Origin: Herpetosiphon sp. NSE202
GTDB taxonomy: Bacteria; Chloroflexota; Chloroflexia; Chloroflexales; Herpetosiphonaceae
Length of the DNA: 64,000 nt
Direction of reading: 5' to 3'
NCBI RefSeq assembly: GCF_042688385.1
Contig: NZ_JBHUPY010000007.1
Span: 258,110-322,109 of the forward strand
Made by a program: the position numbers and the translations under genes. Positions 38,175-48,271 of the stretch are shown here, in pieces. Under the pieces are notes generated by a model. The model worked only from the letters and a program-made list of their open reading frames with translations. It was not told where the DNA came from and did no database searches. How positions within the stretch are numbered: the first letter of the stretch is position 1; every line of letters begins with the position of its first letter.

Positions 38175-40397
38175 ATGCCAGTTTCTCAAAAAAATACCCG
38201 CGATGGCGTAAGTGATCGCGCAAACAATCGCAAATCATTCTCTGCTAGCAGCGGCGGCAGCGGTGGCAACCGTGGCGGCGGCGGTGGCGGTGGTGGCAAC
38301 CGTGGCGGCGGTGGCGGCGGCGGTGGCAACCGCAATCGGCCTCAATCGTCTGGTGGCGCACGCCCTACCCGTAGCGGCGAAGACGACCGCAATCGCTCTG
38401 GTGGCGGTGGTGGCGGCGGCGGTAACCGCAATAATAATAACCAAAACCGTAGCGGTGGCCCTGGTGGTAATCGTGGCGGTGGTGGTGGCGGCGTTCCTCC
38501 ACGCGGCGGTGGAGTTCCACCTCGTGGCAGCGGCGGACGCGGCCAAAACAACAATCAACAAGGTGGCCGTGGCCGTGGCACGCCAATGATGGCTCGCCCC
38601 GTTGCGCCTGCGCGCCCACGTGGCCCAGTCGAGCTTGCTCCGGTTATGACCGTGCGCGAGCTATCAGAAGCGCTGAGCGTCGGCGCAGCTGATATTATCA
38701 AAGAAATGCTCAAGCAAGGCATTTTGGCAAATATTAATCAACAGCTTGATTATGAAACTGCCGCTGTAATTGCCGCAGAATTTGATATTGAAACCACCGA
38801 GCATGTGCCTGAAAGCATGGCTGGCTTGGTTGATGATATTGGCGATGCGCTACGCGCTGAAACCGCTGAAAATCTCAAAACCCGCCCACCAGTTGTCACA
38901 ATCATGGGTCACGTTGACCACGGTAAAACCAAATTGCTCGATGCAGTGCGCTCAACCCGCGTTGCTGAAGGCGAAGCTGGCGGGATTACCCAACACATTG
39001 GGGCTTACCAAGTTGAAATCCATGGCCGCAAAATTTCGTTCTTGGATACACCAGGTCACGAAGCGTTTACCGCCATGCGTGCCCGTGGTGCAACCGTCAC
39101 CGATATTGTTATTTTGGTGGTTGCAGCAGACGACGGCGTGATGCCGCAAACGGCAGAAGCTATCGCCCACGTTAAGGCCGCTGGCGTGCCAATGATTGTG
39201 GCCATCAACAAAATCGACGTGCCTGGGGCCAACCCCGACCGCGTGCGCCAACAATTGGCGGTCGAAGGCATTGCGACTGAAAGCTGGGGCGGCGACGTTC
39301 CTGATGTCGAAATTTCGGCCAAGCACAAGAAAAATATCGATGGCTTGCTGGATATGGTGTTGTTGGTTGCCGATTTGCAAGAATTGAAGGCCAACCCCGA
39401 TAAACCAGCCATCGGTACAATCGTAGAAGCTGAGCTCGACAAAGGTCGTGGCCCAGTCGCAACGGTGCTGATTCAAAACGGTACGTTACGTCAAGACGAT
39501 ATTGTGGTGGTGGGTGCAACCCACGGCAAGATTCGGGCAATGTTTACCGATATTGGCCGCCGGATTCGCATCGCCGAACCTGCAACGCCAGTCTCGATCA
39601 TTGGGCTTTCGGAAGTGCCACAAGCTGGCGATATTTTGCAAGTGCTTGATGATTCGCGGATTGCCCGTGAAGTGGCAACCCAACGCCAACGCCAACGCCA
39701 GATGGAACACTTGGCCAACCAGCTTGGTAAAGCAACCACGCTTGATGAAGTCTACAAACAAATTCAAGCAGGCAAAATCAAAGATCTCAATATTATTCTC
39801 AAAGCCGACGTACAAGGCTCAATTGGGGCTATCGAACACTCGTTGGCGCAGTTGAACGAGAAACAAAGCGAGATTCAAATCAAGATTTTGCACCGTGGGA
39901 CGGGCACAATCAGCGAGTCGGACGTAAGCTTGGCCGTGGCATCGCACGCGATTATCATTGGCTTTAATGCTCGCCCCGATGCTGCTGCTCGCCGTAGCGC
40001 CGAAGCAAACGGGATTGATATTCGCTTCTACAACATCATTTACCAATTGATCGAAGACCTGAACAAGGCCATGATCGGGATGCTCGATCCTGAGATCAAG
40101 GAAGTGACCGATGGCTTTGCAGAAGTGCGCAATACCTTCCGCTTGCCATCACGCGAAGTTGTGGCTGGTTTGATGATGATCGACGGCAAGGTTACCCGCA
40201 ACTCATTGGTACGGGTCTTGCGCTCAGGCGTTGTGTTGCACGACGGACGGATTGGCTCGCTACGCCGTTTCAAAGACGACGTGCGCGAAGTGCTGTCTGG
40301 CTACGAGTGTGGGATGCAGGTCGATGGCTTCAACGACATCGAAGCTGGCGATACCATGGAATTCTATCGCAAAGAAAAGATTATTCGCACCTCGTAA
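38175..40397 (+). CDS. infB: Translation initiation factor IF-2 with a Gly/Arg/Asn-rich N-terminal low-complexity region
   Basis: G-domain ..[18 protein letters not shown].., ..DTPGHEAFT.., ..NKID... The N-terminal region ([14 protein letters not shown])n is encoded by 27-nt tandem repeats (38255-38335). Confidence 0.9.
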   Translation: MPVSQKNTRDGVSDRANNRKSFSASSGGSGGNRGGGGGGGGNRGGGGGGGGNRNRPQSSGGARPTRSGEDDRNRSGGGGGGGGNRNNNNQNRSGGPGGNRGGGGGGVPPRGGGVPPRGSGGRGQNNNQQGGRGRGTPMMARPVAPARPRGPVELAPVMTVRELSEALSVGAADIIKEMLKQGILANINQQLDYETAAVIAAEFDIETTEHVPESMAGLVDDIGDALRAETAENLKTRPPVVTIMGHVDHGKTKLLDAVRSTRVAEGEAGGITQHIGAYQVEIHGRKISFLDTPGHEAFTAMRARGATVTDIVILVVAADDGVMPQTAEAIAHVKAAGVPMIVAINKIDVPGANPDRVRQQLAVEGIATESWGGDVPDVEISAKHKKNIDGLLDMVLLVADLQELKANPDKPAIGTIVEAELDKGRGPVATVLIQNGTLRQDDIVVVGATHGKIRAMFTDIGRRIRIAEPATPVSIIGLSEVPQAGDILQVLDDSRIAREVATQRQRQRQMEHLANQLGKATTLDEVYKQIQAGKIKDLNIILKADVQGSIGAIEHSLAQLNEKQSEIQIKILHRGTGTISESDVSLAVASHAIIIGFNARPDAAARRSAEANGIDIRFYNIIYQLIEDLNKAMIGMLDPEIKEVTDGFAEVRNTFRLPSREVVAGLMMIDGKVTRNSLVRVLRSGVVLHDGRIGSLRRFKDDVREVLSGYECGMQVDGFNDIEAGDTMEFYRKEKIIRTS

Positions 40398-40496
40398 GCG
40401 CTGATTAACCGTTAGAGTGGAGACAAATAGATCTGTTGTTTGTAACAGGTGTGTTTGTCTCCATTCTGCATTATTAATCCTGTGGGAGTGACTGTT

Positions 40497-40877
40497 ATGG
40501 CAAAAGGTAAACGAGTTGAACAAGTTGCCGAAGAAATTAAAGTCATTTTGAGCAACGCAATTCAATTTGAAATTCAAGACCCACGCTTGGGCTTTGTAAC
40601 CCTCACCAGCGTGAATGTTAGCCCAGATTTGTATCATGCCAATATCAACGTCAGTGTGATGGGCGATGATGCTGCCCGCAAAGATTCGATTGCAACCCTT
40701 GATCGGGCTAAAGGCTTTTTGCGGCGTGAACTTGGCCAGCAAATGAAGTTACGGGCTGTGCCAGAGTTGCATTTTCATCTTGACGTGACGATTGATACAC
40801 GCCAACATATGGACAAGCTGTTCAACCAAGTGGACGAAGAACGGCGGGTTAATCCACCACAACTAGACGACGAATAA
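40497..40877 (+). CDS. rbfA: Ribosome-binding factor A
   Basis: MAKGKRVEQVAEEIKVILSNAIQFEIQDPRLGFVTLTSVNVSPDL.. The ATG is at 40497 after GGGAGTG. Confidence 0.85.
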   Translation: MAKGKRVEQVAEEIKVILSNAIQFEIQDPRLGFVTLTSVNVSPDLYHANINVSVMGDDAARKDSIATLDRAKGFLRRELGQQMKLRAVPELHFHLDVTIDTRQHMDKLFNQVDEERRVNPPQLDDE

Positions 40878-40888
40878 GGAATACCACG

Positions 40889-41881
40889 ATGCTGTATACC
40901 ACTATTCAACAAGCGGCTCCGGCCCTGCGTGATGCCATGACCGCCGCACGCCATATTTTGGTTACCTCGCATATCAACCCCGATGGCGATGCAGTTGGCT
41001 CAAGTATTGGGCTAACCCGTATTTTACGGGCGATGGGCTGTCGAGTAACCATGGTTTTGCCAACCGATCTGCCAAGTTTGGCGGTGGTTTTGCCCGATGC
41101 GCCAGAGGTTGGGGTTTATAGCCAAGGGGCAAGTTTGCCCGCCGATGTTGATTTAGTGGTGTTGGTCGATACTGGCAGCATCTCGCGGATTGAGCCGATT
41201 TTTAGTGCTGAACGGGCCTATTTGGCTCAGCGCCCATTGTTGGTGATTGATCATCACGCCACCAATAGCGGCGAGGGCTTTTTAAATTTGGTGATGACCG
41301 AAGCCGCCGCAACTTGCGAAATTTTGGGCTTGCTGGCGCAAGCTTGGAACCAAGCAATTGATGCAGAAACTGCAACCGCCTTGTTGATGGGCTTGGTGAC
41401 TGATACCCAAAGCTTCCAAACCTCGCATACCAGCCCGCGCACCTTGCGCGTTGCCGCCGATTTATTGGCGCTTGGCGGGCGATTAAACGAGGTGATGCGC
41501 TCGATGATGTATGGCAAGCCGTTTGCCCATGCCAAAGCTTTGGGCATGGCAATTGAGCGCATGCACGACGAAGGCGATATTATCTGGACGGAATTTACCC
41601 AAGCCATGCAACAAGGCACTGGTGCAGATGATGAAGCTGGTGATGAAATTACGGCCTATCTCAGCCGCGTTGCCACAGCCAAAGCCTATGTGCTGTTTAA
41701 AGAGCGACGTGATGGCACGGTGAAAATCAGCATGCGCTCGCAACCTGGGATTGATGTTGGCAGCGTGGCCCATAATTTGGGTGGTGGCGGCCATCGCGAA
41801 GCTGCTGGCGCAACCTTGCAGATGGGCTTAGCCGAAGCCCGCGAGTTGGTGCTGAGCACGTTACGGTCAGCCTTAGCCTAA
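40889..41881 (+). CDS. nrnA: DHH/DHHA1 phosphoesterase (NrnA-like bifunctional oligoribonuclease / pAp phosphatase)
   Basis: ..HINPDGDAVGS.., the DHH motif ..LVIDHHATN.. and the DHHA1 motif ..GGGGHREAAG.. Confidence 0.8.
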   Translation: MLYTTIQQAAPALRDAMTAARHILVTSHINPDGDAVGSSIGLTRILRAMGCRVTMVLPTDLPSLAVVLPDAPEVGVYSQGASLPADVDLVVLVDTGSISRIEPIFSAERAYLAQRPLLVIDHHATNSGEGFLNLVMTEAAATCEILGLLAQAWNQAIDAETATALLMGLVTDTQSFQTSHTSPRTLRVAADLLALGGRLNEVMRSMMYGKPFAHAKALGMAIERMHDEGDIIWTEFTQAMQQGTGADDEAGDEITAYLSRVATAKAYVLFKERRDGTVKISMRSQPGIDVGSVAHNLGGGGHREAAGATLQMGLAEARELVLSTLRSALA

Positions 41882-41921
41882 TTAATAGAAAGGTTGTGGC
41901 TCGTTAATTGACGAGCCATGT

Positions 41922-42803
41922 TTGCGTATGCTGCATGGATTTTTAAACATCGATAAACCTCAGGGTATGACCTCAACCGACGTGGTGCGGGTGGTTAAAC
42001 GAACTGCGCGCATGAAACGGGTTGGCCATGGTGGTACACTCGATCCAATGGCCACGGGCGTGCTGCCGATTGCTTTGGGCAATGCCACCCGTCTGCTGGA
42101 ATATTTGCAAGAGGAAGATCACAAAGCCTATACGGCAACCCTGCGGCTCGGCATCACCACCGATAGCGACGATGCAGAAGGCGCTGTAATTGCTGAATCG
42201 GCGGTTCCTGCGCTTGATGCAGAATTGATTGAGCGGGTGTTGAGCCAATTTCGTGGTGCAATCGAGCAAGTGCCACCGCAATATGCAGCGATTCGGGTTG
42301 ATGGCAAACGCATGTATGAATATGCTCGCGAAGGCACACATATCGAGTTGCCAGCCCGCCCAATCACGATCGAGCAGCTTAATTTGTTGGCTTGGGATGC
42401 GCAGCAATTAACGATTGCGGTAGATTGCAGCAAAGGCACCTATATTCGCGCCTTGGCCCGCGATATTGGAGCCGTGCTTGGGTGTGGCGCGCACCTAACT
42501 GCCTTGCGACGTACCCGAGCAGGAGCCTTTGATTTGAGCACAAGCATTGCGCTGGCTGAGCTTGATCAACAGCCTGAGGTTTTGGCTGCGGCGCTTTTGC
42601 CACCACAGGCAGCAATTGCCAACTGGCCCTTAATCTCGCTGCATGAGGCGGTTATAGCCGATGTGCGTATGGGGCGGGTTGTACAGGTTGAAAGCGCTGC
42701 CGAACGGATTGGCTTGCTTGATCAAGCTGGTCAATTAGTGGCGATTGCGGTATTGCGCGAAACTGGCTATCAGCCAATCAAGGTTTTTGCCCCAGAAGCG
42801 TAA
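41922..42803 (+). CDS. truB: tRNA pseudouridine(55) synthase TruB
   Basis: ..GFLNIDKPQGMTSTDVV.., ..GHGGTLDPMATGVLPIALGNATR.. where D is catalytic, and a C-terminal PUA-like region. Confidence 0.9.
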   Translation: MRMLHGFLNIDKPQGMTSTDVVRVVKRTARMKRVGHGGTLDPMATGVLPIALGNATRLLEYLQEEDHKAYTATLRLGITTDSDDAEGAVIAESAVPALDAELIERVLSQFRGAIEQVPPQYAAIRVDGKRMYEYAREGTHIELPARPITIEQLNLLAWDAQQLTIAVDCSKGTYIRALARDIGAVLGCGAHLTALRRTRAGAFDLSTSIALAELDQQPEVLAAALLPPQAAIANWPLISLHEAVIADVRMGRVVQVESAAERIGLLDQAGQLVAIAVLRETGYQPIKVFAPEA

Positions 42804-42804
42804 A

Positions 42805-42995
42805 GCAAATTATGAAGGATGAATTATGAGGGATGAAGCACAAAGCAACCTAATAATCTGTGGCTAAAAACCTTCTTTGTGCACTTCATGGTTTCTATAA
42901 TTCATCCCTCGCAATTACGTAAACCTGACCCCTGATCTCTAGACCCTGACCCCTCTGAACTCTGGGCTGCTATTCATCATCCCTCATCCTTCATA
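42805..42995. repeat. Mosaic intergenic repeat cluster F (atgaaggatgaattatgagggatg words, cctgacccctga words, catccctcatccttcat)
   Basis: It shares the word families of clusters A, B and C. Confidence 0.7.
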
Positions 42996-42999
42996 ATTA

Positions 43000-43494
43000 C
43001 TACTGGGTTGTGTATGGCAAAAAGACGAAATTGGCAGGCTCAACCGAGAAGGTGCGGGTAATGCTCTGGCCTTGGTAAGTGCTGCAATCATAGGCAACAT
43101 GCCAATTCCATGGCCCCAGTGCATCGGCTGGCAGCGCTTGCGTTTGAGTATAGCTGAAGGTAAACGGGACGATTGCTTGGCCTTGGCCCATAACCCCATT
43201 GAAAACATAATTCCGATCGCCAGGCCCATCGAGATGGATCGTGTGTCCACAGCGCGGGCCTTGCCAATTAAATGTCCATTTGTTGGGGGCAACTGGCTGG
43301 GGCAAAATGGCTTCATTGGCAGGCGACTGGAGGGTAGGCTCTGGTCCAGGCGTTGCGGTGGGGCCGCCAAATGAGTGGGCAAGGCTGCTTGTGGTTGCTG
43401 AAGTGGCATGGTTCGGCGCAAGCAAGGTTCCGACGATGAACAGTCCGATCAGCCCTATCACAATGATAGTGCCTGTGCGTTCGAGAAAATTCAT
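43000..43494 (-). CDS. Hypothetical secreted/membrane-anchored protein
   Basis: N-terminal TM/signal MNFLERTGTIIVIGLIGLFIVGTLLA. No motif recognised. Confidence 0.5.
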   Translation of the reverse strand: MNFLERTGTIIVIGLIGLFIVGTLLAPNHATSATTSSLAHSFGGPTATPGPEPTLQSPANEAILPQPVAPNKWTFNWQGPRCGHTIHLDGPGDRNYVFNGVMGQGQAIVPFTFSYTQTQALPADALGPWNWHVAYDCSTYQGQSITRTFSVEPANFVFLPYTTQ

Positions 43495-43559
43495 ACCATC
43501 CTCCTAAACTGTAGCAGTGGCTGAATCAGCAACAGCCATATGCTCCAACTTGATAGTAA

Positions 43560-43975
43560 TTTTTTCGAATGCAAGAAGCAATAGCCGATCTAGGCTAGAT
43601 TATCGTTTTGATCCACGAAGCGCACGAAGAGCACGAAGGACGAAAACCACGAAGAACGCGAAGAGCACGAATTAATTATTCCAATAGCCAATAGCTGTAC
43701 TGGTTCATTAGGTTGACAACCAAGTGCATGCCCTCACCTCCAGCCCTTCTCCCACTGAACGCGGGCGAGGGGAGCACTGATTCAGCGGTTCCCCCTCGCC
43801 CGTTCGACGGACGAGGGGGCTAGGGGGTGAGGGGGAATCGTCGTTAACGCAATGAACCATTACACATGGCCAATAGCCAATAGCCCTGAGTTCTCTGCGC
43901 CTCTGCGTTAAATTTTTGACTTTTGACTTTTGACTTTTGATTTTAGATCCCAATCAAAAAAAACCCTCTGGAATG
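43560..43975. repeat. Mosaic intergenic repeat cluster G including a MITE-like palindrome (43741-43846), at the left flank of the low-GC island
   Basis: ccacgaag x5, atagccaatagc x2, ccctcacctccagcccttctcccactgaacgcgggcgagggg .. ccccctcgcccgttcgacggacgagggggctagggggtgaggggg, ctctgcgcctctgcgttaaa, ttttgac x4. Confidence 0.8.
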
Positions 43976-44021
43976 TATCTAACTCTAGTAATGCGTATTT
44001 ATGCTAGAGTTGGAGGCTTTT

Positions 44022-44894
44022 ATGCCAGTTGTTGGTACCGCCCCAGTAAAGCCCTGTCCGCAATGTCAATTTCGTAATAACACTCATTCAACATTTTGTC
44101 AGAATTGTGGCCAAGTATTAGCCAAGCCGCAAGCAGTTCCATCAACCCAGCCTGTGGCCAAGCCAATTGCGCAGTCACCTGTTAATCAATCTTCGACCCA
44201 GCCTGTGGCCAAGCCAATTGCGCGTCCACCTGTTAATCAACTTTTAGGTGCACCAGCAACAAGACCACTTACACCGCCAGCACCCTATCAAACCAGCCCA
44301 ATTGCAAGCTCAACTCAATCAACTCATCAAAAACTCTTGTTTCAATTGCAAATGTTTGCTTACGGTTTAATTGGGCTTGGCTCAATTATGCTGATTTGTT
44401 TTATTTTTGGGCCATTTGTACAAAACAATATTGCTGGTGGCTTTGGCGATACCCTAGGTGCCAGTATGGGAAGCAGTTTTAGCGCACTCCATATGTTGGG
44501 AATGCTTTTAGGTGTTCTATTTGATGATCGCTTTTCAAATGGTAGCATTTTTATAGTTTTGGGGATTATTGCGATTCTTCTATTGCCAATTTTTGCTGTT
44601 ATCGTAATTATGACGGGATCAAAAATGTATAAAGGCTTTACGTTGAATCATCCACCCCAACCAATCAAGCTCCTCCAAATTGGCAGTGGAATTATGCTTG
44701 GCTTTTGGGGCTTTCTTTACTCAGCATTTAATTTCCGATTAAGCGTTAATGGAAACCTTGCAAAAATTTTTGGAATCGAAGGCGACATTGGTTTGGGATG
44801 GGGATTTACATTCAGCGTGATTTCAATCTTAGTGCTATTTATTAGCTGTATTTGGTATAAAAATACAGTTTTAAAACTTTCAGTTACCCCATAA
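44022..44894 (+). CDS. Zinc-ribbon membrane protein: N-terminal CxxC..CxxC ribbon, Pro/Gln-rich region with a 17-aa tandem duplication, and 4 TM segments. First gene of the low-GC island.
   Basis: MPVVGTAPVKPCPQCQFRNNTHSTFCQNCGQV.. STQPVAKPIA(Q/R)(S/P)PVNQ appears twice, encoded by a 51-nt tandem duplication at 44145-44246. Hydrophobic helices follow. The ATG is at 44022 after GGAGG. Confidence 0.6.
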   Translation: MPVVGTAPVKPCPQCQFRNNTHSTFCQNCGQVLAKPQAVPSTQPVAKPIAQSPVNQSSTQPVAKPIARPPVNQLLGAPATRPLTPPAPYQTSPIASSTQSTHQKLLFQLQMFAYGLIGLGSIMLICFIFGPFVQNNIAGGFGDTLGASMGSSFSALHMLGMLLGVLFDDRFSNGSIFIVLGIIAILLLPIFAVIVIMTGSKMYKGFTLNHPPQPIKLLQIGSGIMLGFWGFLYSAFNFRLSVNGNLAKIFGIEGDIGLGWGFTFSVISILVLFISCIWYKNTVLKLSVTP

Positions 44895-44904
44895 AGGAGC
44901 AATT

Positions 44905-45573
44905 ATGGAATATGGATTAGAAAGCCCAACTAATTACGAACAGAAATGTTTGTGTGTTTTGGTCGTCGATACATCAGGTTCGATGCAGGGTAAACCAATT
45001 GACGAATTAAACCAAGGTCTCCAATTATTTCATCAAGATATTAGTAATAATTTTTCGACTGCTCAACGCTTAGAAATTTGCTTAATTGAATTTAATAGTC
45101 AAGTTGATTGTATTGTTGAGCCAAGTTTAATTGATCATTTTGATATGCCAATTTTAGCGGTAGCCGGAACAACAAAACTCGTTGATGGAGTACGTTTGGC
45201 TATTCATAAAGTCCAAGAACGCAAAGAATGGTATCGCTCAACAGGTCAGCCATATTATCGGCCATGGATTATTTTGATGACTGATGGCGCGCCTGATAAA
45301 GACCAAGATATTCCAGGTTTAGCCCAAGAGCTTCAATATGGGGTCGCCAATAAACAATTTACGTTCTTCCCAATCGGGGTTCAAGGAGCAGATCTTAACA
45401 TGCTTCGGCGTATTAGCACGCCAGATCGCCCACCAATGATGTTGCAAGGCTTACGGTTTGAAGCATTTTTTGACTGGTTAAGCGCAAGTTTAGCTATGGT
45501 CGCAAGCTCAACTGATGGCCAAGTAATCAATTTGCCGCCAACGAGTGGTTGGGGAATTCTTCCAGTGTCCTAA
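44905..45573 (+). CDS. vWA domain protein, TerY-like
   Basis: ..CLCVLVVDTSGSMQGKPIDEL.. is the MIDAS DxSxS. ..ILMTDGAPD.. At about 220 aa it is the size and architecture of TerY. Confidence 0.75.
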   Translation: MEYGLESPTNYEQKCLCVLVVDTSGSMQGKPIDELNQGLQLFHQDISNNFSTAQRLEICLIEFNSQVDCIVEPSLIDHFDMPILAVAGTTKLVDGVRLAIHKVQERKEWYRSTGQPYYRPWIILMTDGAPDKDQDIPGLAQELQYGVANKQFTFFPIGVQGADLNMLRRISTPDRPPMMLQGLRFEAFFDWLSASLAMVASSTDGQVINLPPTSGWGILPVS

Positions 45574-45630
45574 AATTTGTTGGGGTTGGTTGGTTTGGCT
45601 CCAGCTGACCCCTTTTGCAAGGAAGAGACG

Positions 45631-47031
45631 ATGAAACAGTATCAACGATCACTCATTTTGGTGTTATCTGCGCTGCTTTTGCTCAGCAGTCTATTAATTG
45701 TACTGCTCTTTATCCGATTAAACACCACCAATCCGCAGGCAACTCCAATAATTCGATCAACAACTATACCACCAACGTTAACCAGTTCAGGCTCAATTAC
45801 AACAACCCAATCGCTACCTGTTGCGGCACCAATTGAATCAATCATTACCACTATTGCAACTGTTGCGCCAAAACCTGATAATGCCAAACTGCAACCAAAC
45901 GCTCCTAAACCCGCTACAACTCAAGCCCCCACTAGTTTTGGAGCAACATTGCTCAAAAGCCTGCTTGGATTGGGTGTGCTTGCGATTGGCGGATACTTAT
46001 TATGGGTGCGTTTGACTGGTTCGCCTCAGTTCGAACCCCAACGGCGTTTGATGCCGAAACCGCTGCTTAAGCAAAATCCAGCGGAGATTGCCTTGCCACC
46101 AGAGAGCAATCCAACTCCACCTAGGTCGCGACCAGTCGCTGAACCGAGCGCGTCTAGCAATTTGAAACCAGCAGTTGACCCGAGTTTGCGGAATGCCAAC
46201 TATCAATTTCATGTATTTTGTGAATCGATCATTGGTAAGAGCCATAGTCAACATGGTTTATTATGTCAAGATTATTCACAACATCAAATGTTGGGTGAAG
46301 GTTGGGGTGTTGCAGTGATAGCTGATGGTTTGGGTAGCCGCAAATTATCACATCTTGGCTCTGAATTTGTGGTTAAAGCAGCATGCACACAATTATTAGA
46401 GCTGGTGAAAAAGCATTCTTGGTATGAAACCAAGCAATTACCGAATCTGCAGCAATGGCAGAGCTATGTAATTTATATTTTCCAAGATATTTATGCAAAA
46501 TTACAAAAGAAGGCCCAAGCAGAAAAGCAATCAGTTCATGAATATGCTTCTACATTAATTAGTGTCATTTATAGCCCAATTGGCATTTTGGTAGCACATA
46601 TTGGCGATGGTCGGGCTGGCTATAGCGATCGTCATGGCCAATGGCATTCAATGATTACGCCACATAAAGGTGAAGAAGCCAACGAGGTTATGCCATTTAC
46701 TGCCGATCAGGTTTGGAAAAATCCATCTGAATTAATCGAATGTCGAGTCATTAACGACCACATTAATGGATTTGTATTAATTTCTGATGGCTGTGAAAAA
46801 CATACATTTCAATGTAGCCAATTTGATCAAGCAACTCAGCACTGGCACGATCCAAATCGACCACATCAACAATTTTTTGATCGTTTGCAGCAGCTATTTC
46901 GTGAAAAAAAACAAAAAGGCCAAAGTCTCCAAGATTTACAGCCTACGTTTAAAGATATTCTAGAACGAGGTACTACCGGTTTTGCCAATGAGCCAGATGA
47001 TAAAACCATGATTCTTGGTTTGTGGATCTAA
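45631..47031 (+). CDS. Transmembrane PP2C-family Ser/Thr phosphatase (two TM helices flanking a Thr/Pro-rich extracytoplasmic segment; cytoplasmic PP2C domain)
   Basis: TM1 is ..LILVLSALLLLSSLLIVLLFI.. TM2 is ..GLGVLAIGGYLLWV.. PP2C motifs are ..GVAVIADGLGS.., ..VAHIGDGRAGY.. and ..VLISDGCEK.. The ATG is at 45631 after AGGAAGAG. Confidence 0.7.
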   Translation: MKQYQRSLILVLSALLLLSSLLIVLLFIRLNTTNPQATPIIRSTTIPPTLTSSGSITTTQSLPVAAPIESIITTIATVAPKPDNAKLQPNAPKPATTQAPTSFGATLLKSLLGLGVLAIGGYLLWVRLTGSPQFEPQRRLMPKPLLKQNPAEIALPPESNPTPPRSRPVAEPSASSNLKPAVDPSLRNANYQFHVFCESIIGKSHSQHGLLCQDYSQHQMLGEGWGVAVIADGLGSRKLSHLGSEFVVKAACTQLLELVKKHSWYETKQLPNLQQWQSYVIYIFQDIYAKLQKKAQAEKQSVHEYASTLISVIYSPIGILVAHIGDGRAGYSDRHGQWHSMITPHKGEEANEVMPFTADQVWKNPSELIECRVINDHINGFVLISDGCEKHTFQCSQFDQATQHWHDPNRPHQQFFDRLQQLFREKKQKGQSLQDLQPTFKDILERGTTGFANEPDDKTMILGLWI

Positions 47032-47053
47032 GCATACGAGAAGGATATCAATA

Positions 47054-48271
47054 ATGAGTCTTATCTATCAAACCAAACAGCATACCCACGTTCAGCTTGA
47101 TGAATCCAAGCCGCTAGGAAAAGGTGGCGAGGGTTGTGTTTATTCTATCATTAACACTGCTACTTATCCTAATCATTGTGCGAAAATTTTCTATCCTAAC
47201 CGATTAACTCCTGAATTAGAGCAAAAGATTAATTTTATGGTTGATAATCCACCTGATACTCTTACCAGTACTAATTATCGGATTGCATGGCCAATTGCTG
47301 CATTGTATCAAAAACAAAAATTTTGTGGTTTCATTATGCCAAAAGCTTTTGATCAGAGCATTGGGCTTGAACGATTAACACAACCTCATATTCATATCAA
47401 AAATATTGATCAGTCATGGATTAAGTATCAACGATCTGATAAACAAGGGGTTATTAATTGCTTTAAAGTTTGTGTTAATATTGCTTTCACGGTTAATCTT
47501 ATTCATCAAATGCAAAAATATATTTTTGTCGATTTAAAACCTCAGAATATATTAGTCACATTAAATGGATTTATTTCGATTACCGATATTGATTCAATGC
47601 AGGTTTATGATGATAAGAAGAATCTCTATTATAAATCGGTCGTTTCAACAGCTGAATATTCGCCTCCAGAGTATCGTAACTATCTTAAAAGTGGAAGCAT
47701 TATTGCAAAAGAGTGGGATAATTTCTCATTAGCAGTTATTTTCTATCAATTGATTACAGGAATTCATCCTTTTGCTGCAACCTTTGGTGATAAATTTCAT
47801 GATTCAACAACGATTGATGACCATATTAGCCGTAGTTTATTTGTATTTGGTAATCACAAGCATGCAATTGTTCAGTTGCCAAAGTTACATAAATATTACG
47901 AAAGAATGCCAGCTGATATTCAACAATTATTCCTGCGTGCGTTCGATAAACCAGTTGCTCAGCGACCTAATGCAGAGGAATGGGGAAAAAATCTGTTTGA
48001 TTTAGTTTCGCAGAAACAACATTTAATTGCACATAATCCAGATATTAGTCCGGCTTCACAGCCCAAAAAACCAGTAGGAGGATTAAATCAAGCAAAAAAA
48101 ATCAACTCAGCATTAAAACCAGTACAACAGCAAGCGACTCAGCCACGCAATAATTCGGCTCCGATTCAAATATCACAGCCAATTAATGCTCAGCGTAAAA
48201 GTTATGCTTGGATCGGCTGGTTGATTGTTGTAATTGCGATTATTGGAGTTATTTTGCTGGCGCAAGCCTAG
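47054..48271 (+). CDS. Eukaryotic-like Ser/Thr protein kinase with a C-terminal TM anchor
   Basis: ..LGKGGEGCVYSI.. is the Gly loop. ..HCAKIF.. carries the catalytic Lys. ..IFVDLKPQNILV.. is the catalytic loop. ..ITDIDSMQ.. is DFG-like. ..TAEYSPPEY.. is APE-like. C-terminal ..WIGWLIVVIAIIGVILLA.. It overlaps the PP2C gene end by 17 nt. Confidence 0.75.
   Translation: MSLIYQTKQHTHVQLDESKPLGKGGEGCVYSIINTATYPNHCAKIFYPNRLTPELEQKINFMVDNPPDTLTSTNYRIAWPIAALYQKQKFCGFIMPKAFDQSIGLERLTQPHIHIKNIDQSWIKYQRSDKQGVINCFKVCVNIAFTVNLIHQMQKYIFVDLKPQNILVTLNGFISITDIDSMQVYDDKKNLYYKSVVSTAEYSPPEYRNYLKSGSIIAKEWDNFSLAVIFYQLITGIHPFAATFGDKFHDSTTIDDHISRSLFVFGNHKHAIVQLPKLHKYYERMPADIQQLFLRAFDKPVAQRPNAEEWGKNLFDLVSQKQHLIAHNPDISPASQPKKPVGGLNQAKKINSALKPVQQQATQPRNNSAPIQISQPINAQRKSYAWIGWLIVVIAIIGVILLAQA

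Noticed and set aside
38212-38619. Several ORFs overlapping the infB 5' region on both strands
   Set aside because: They are artefacts of the GC-rich Gly-codon repeat. infB homology defines the true frame.
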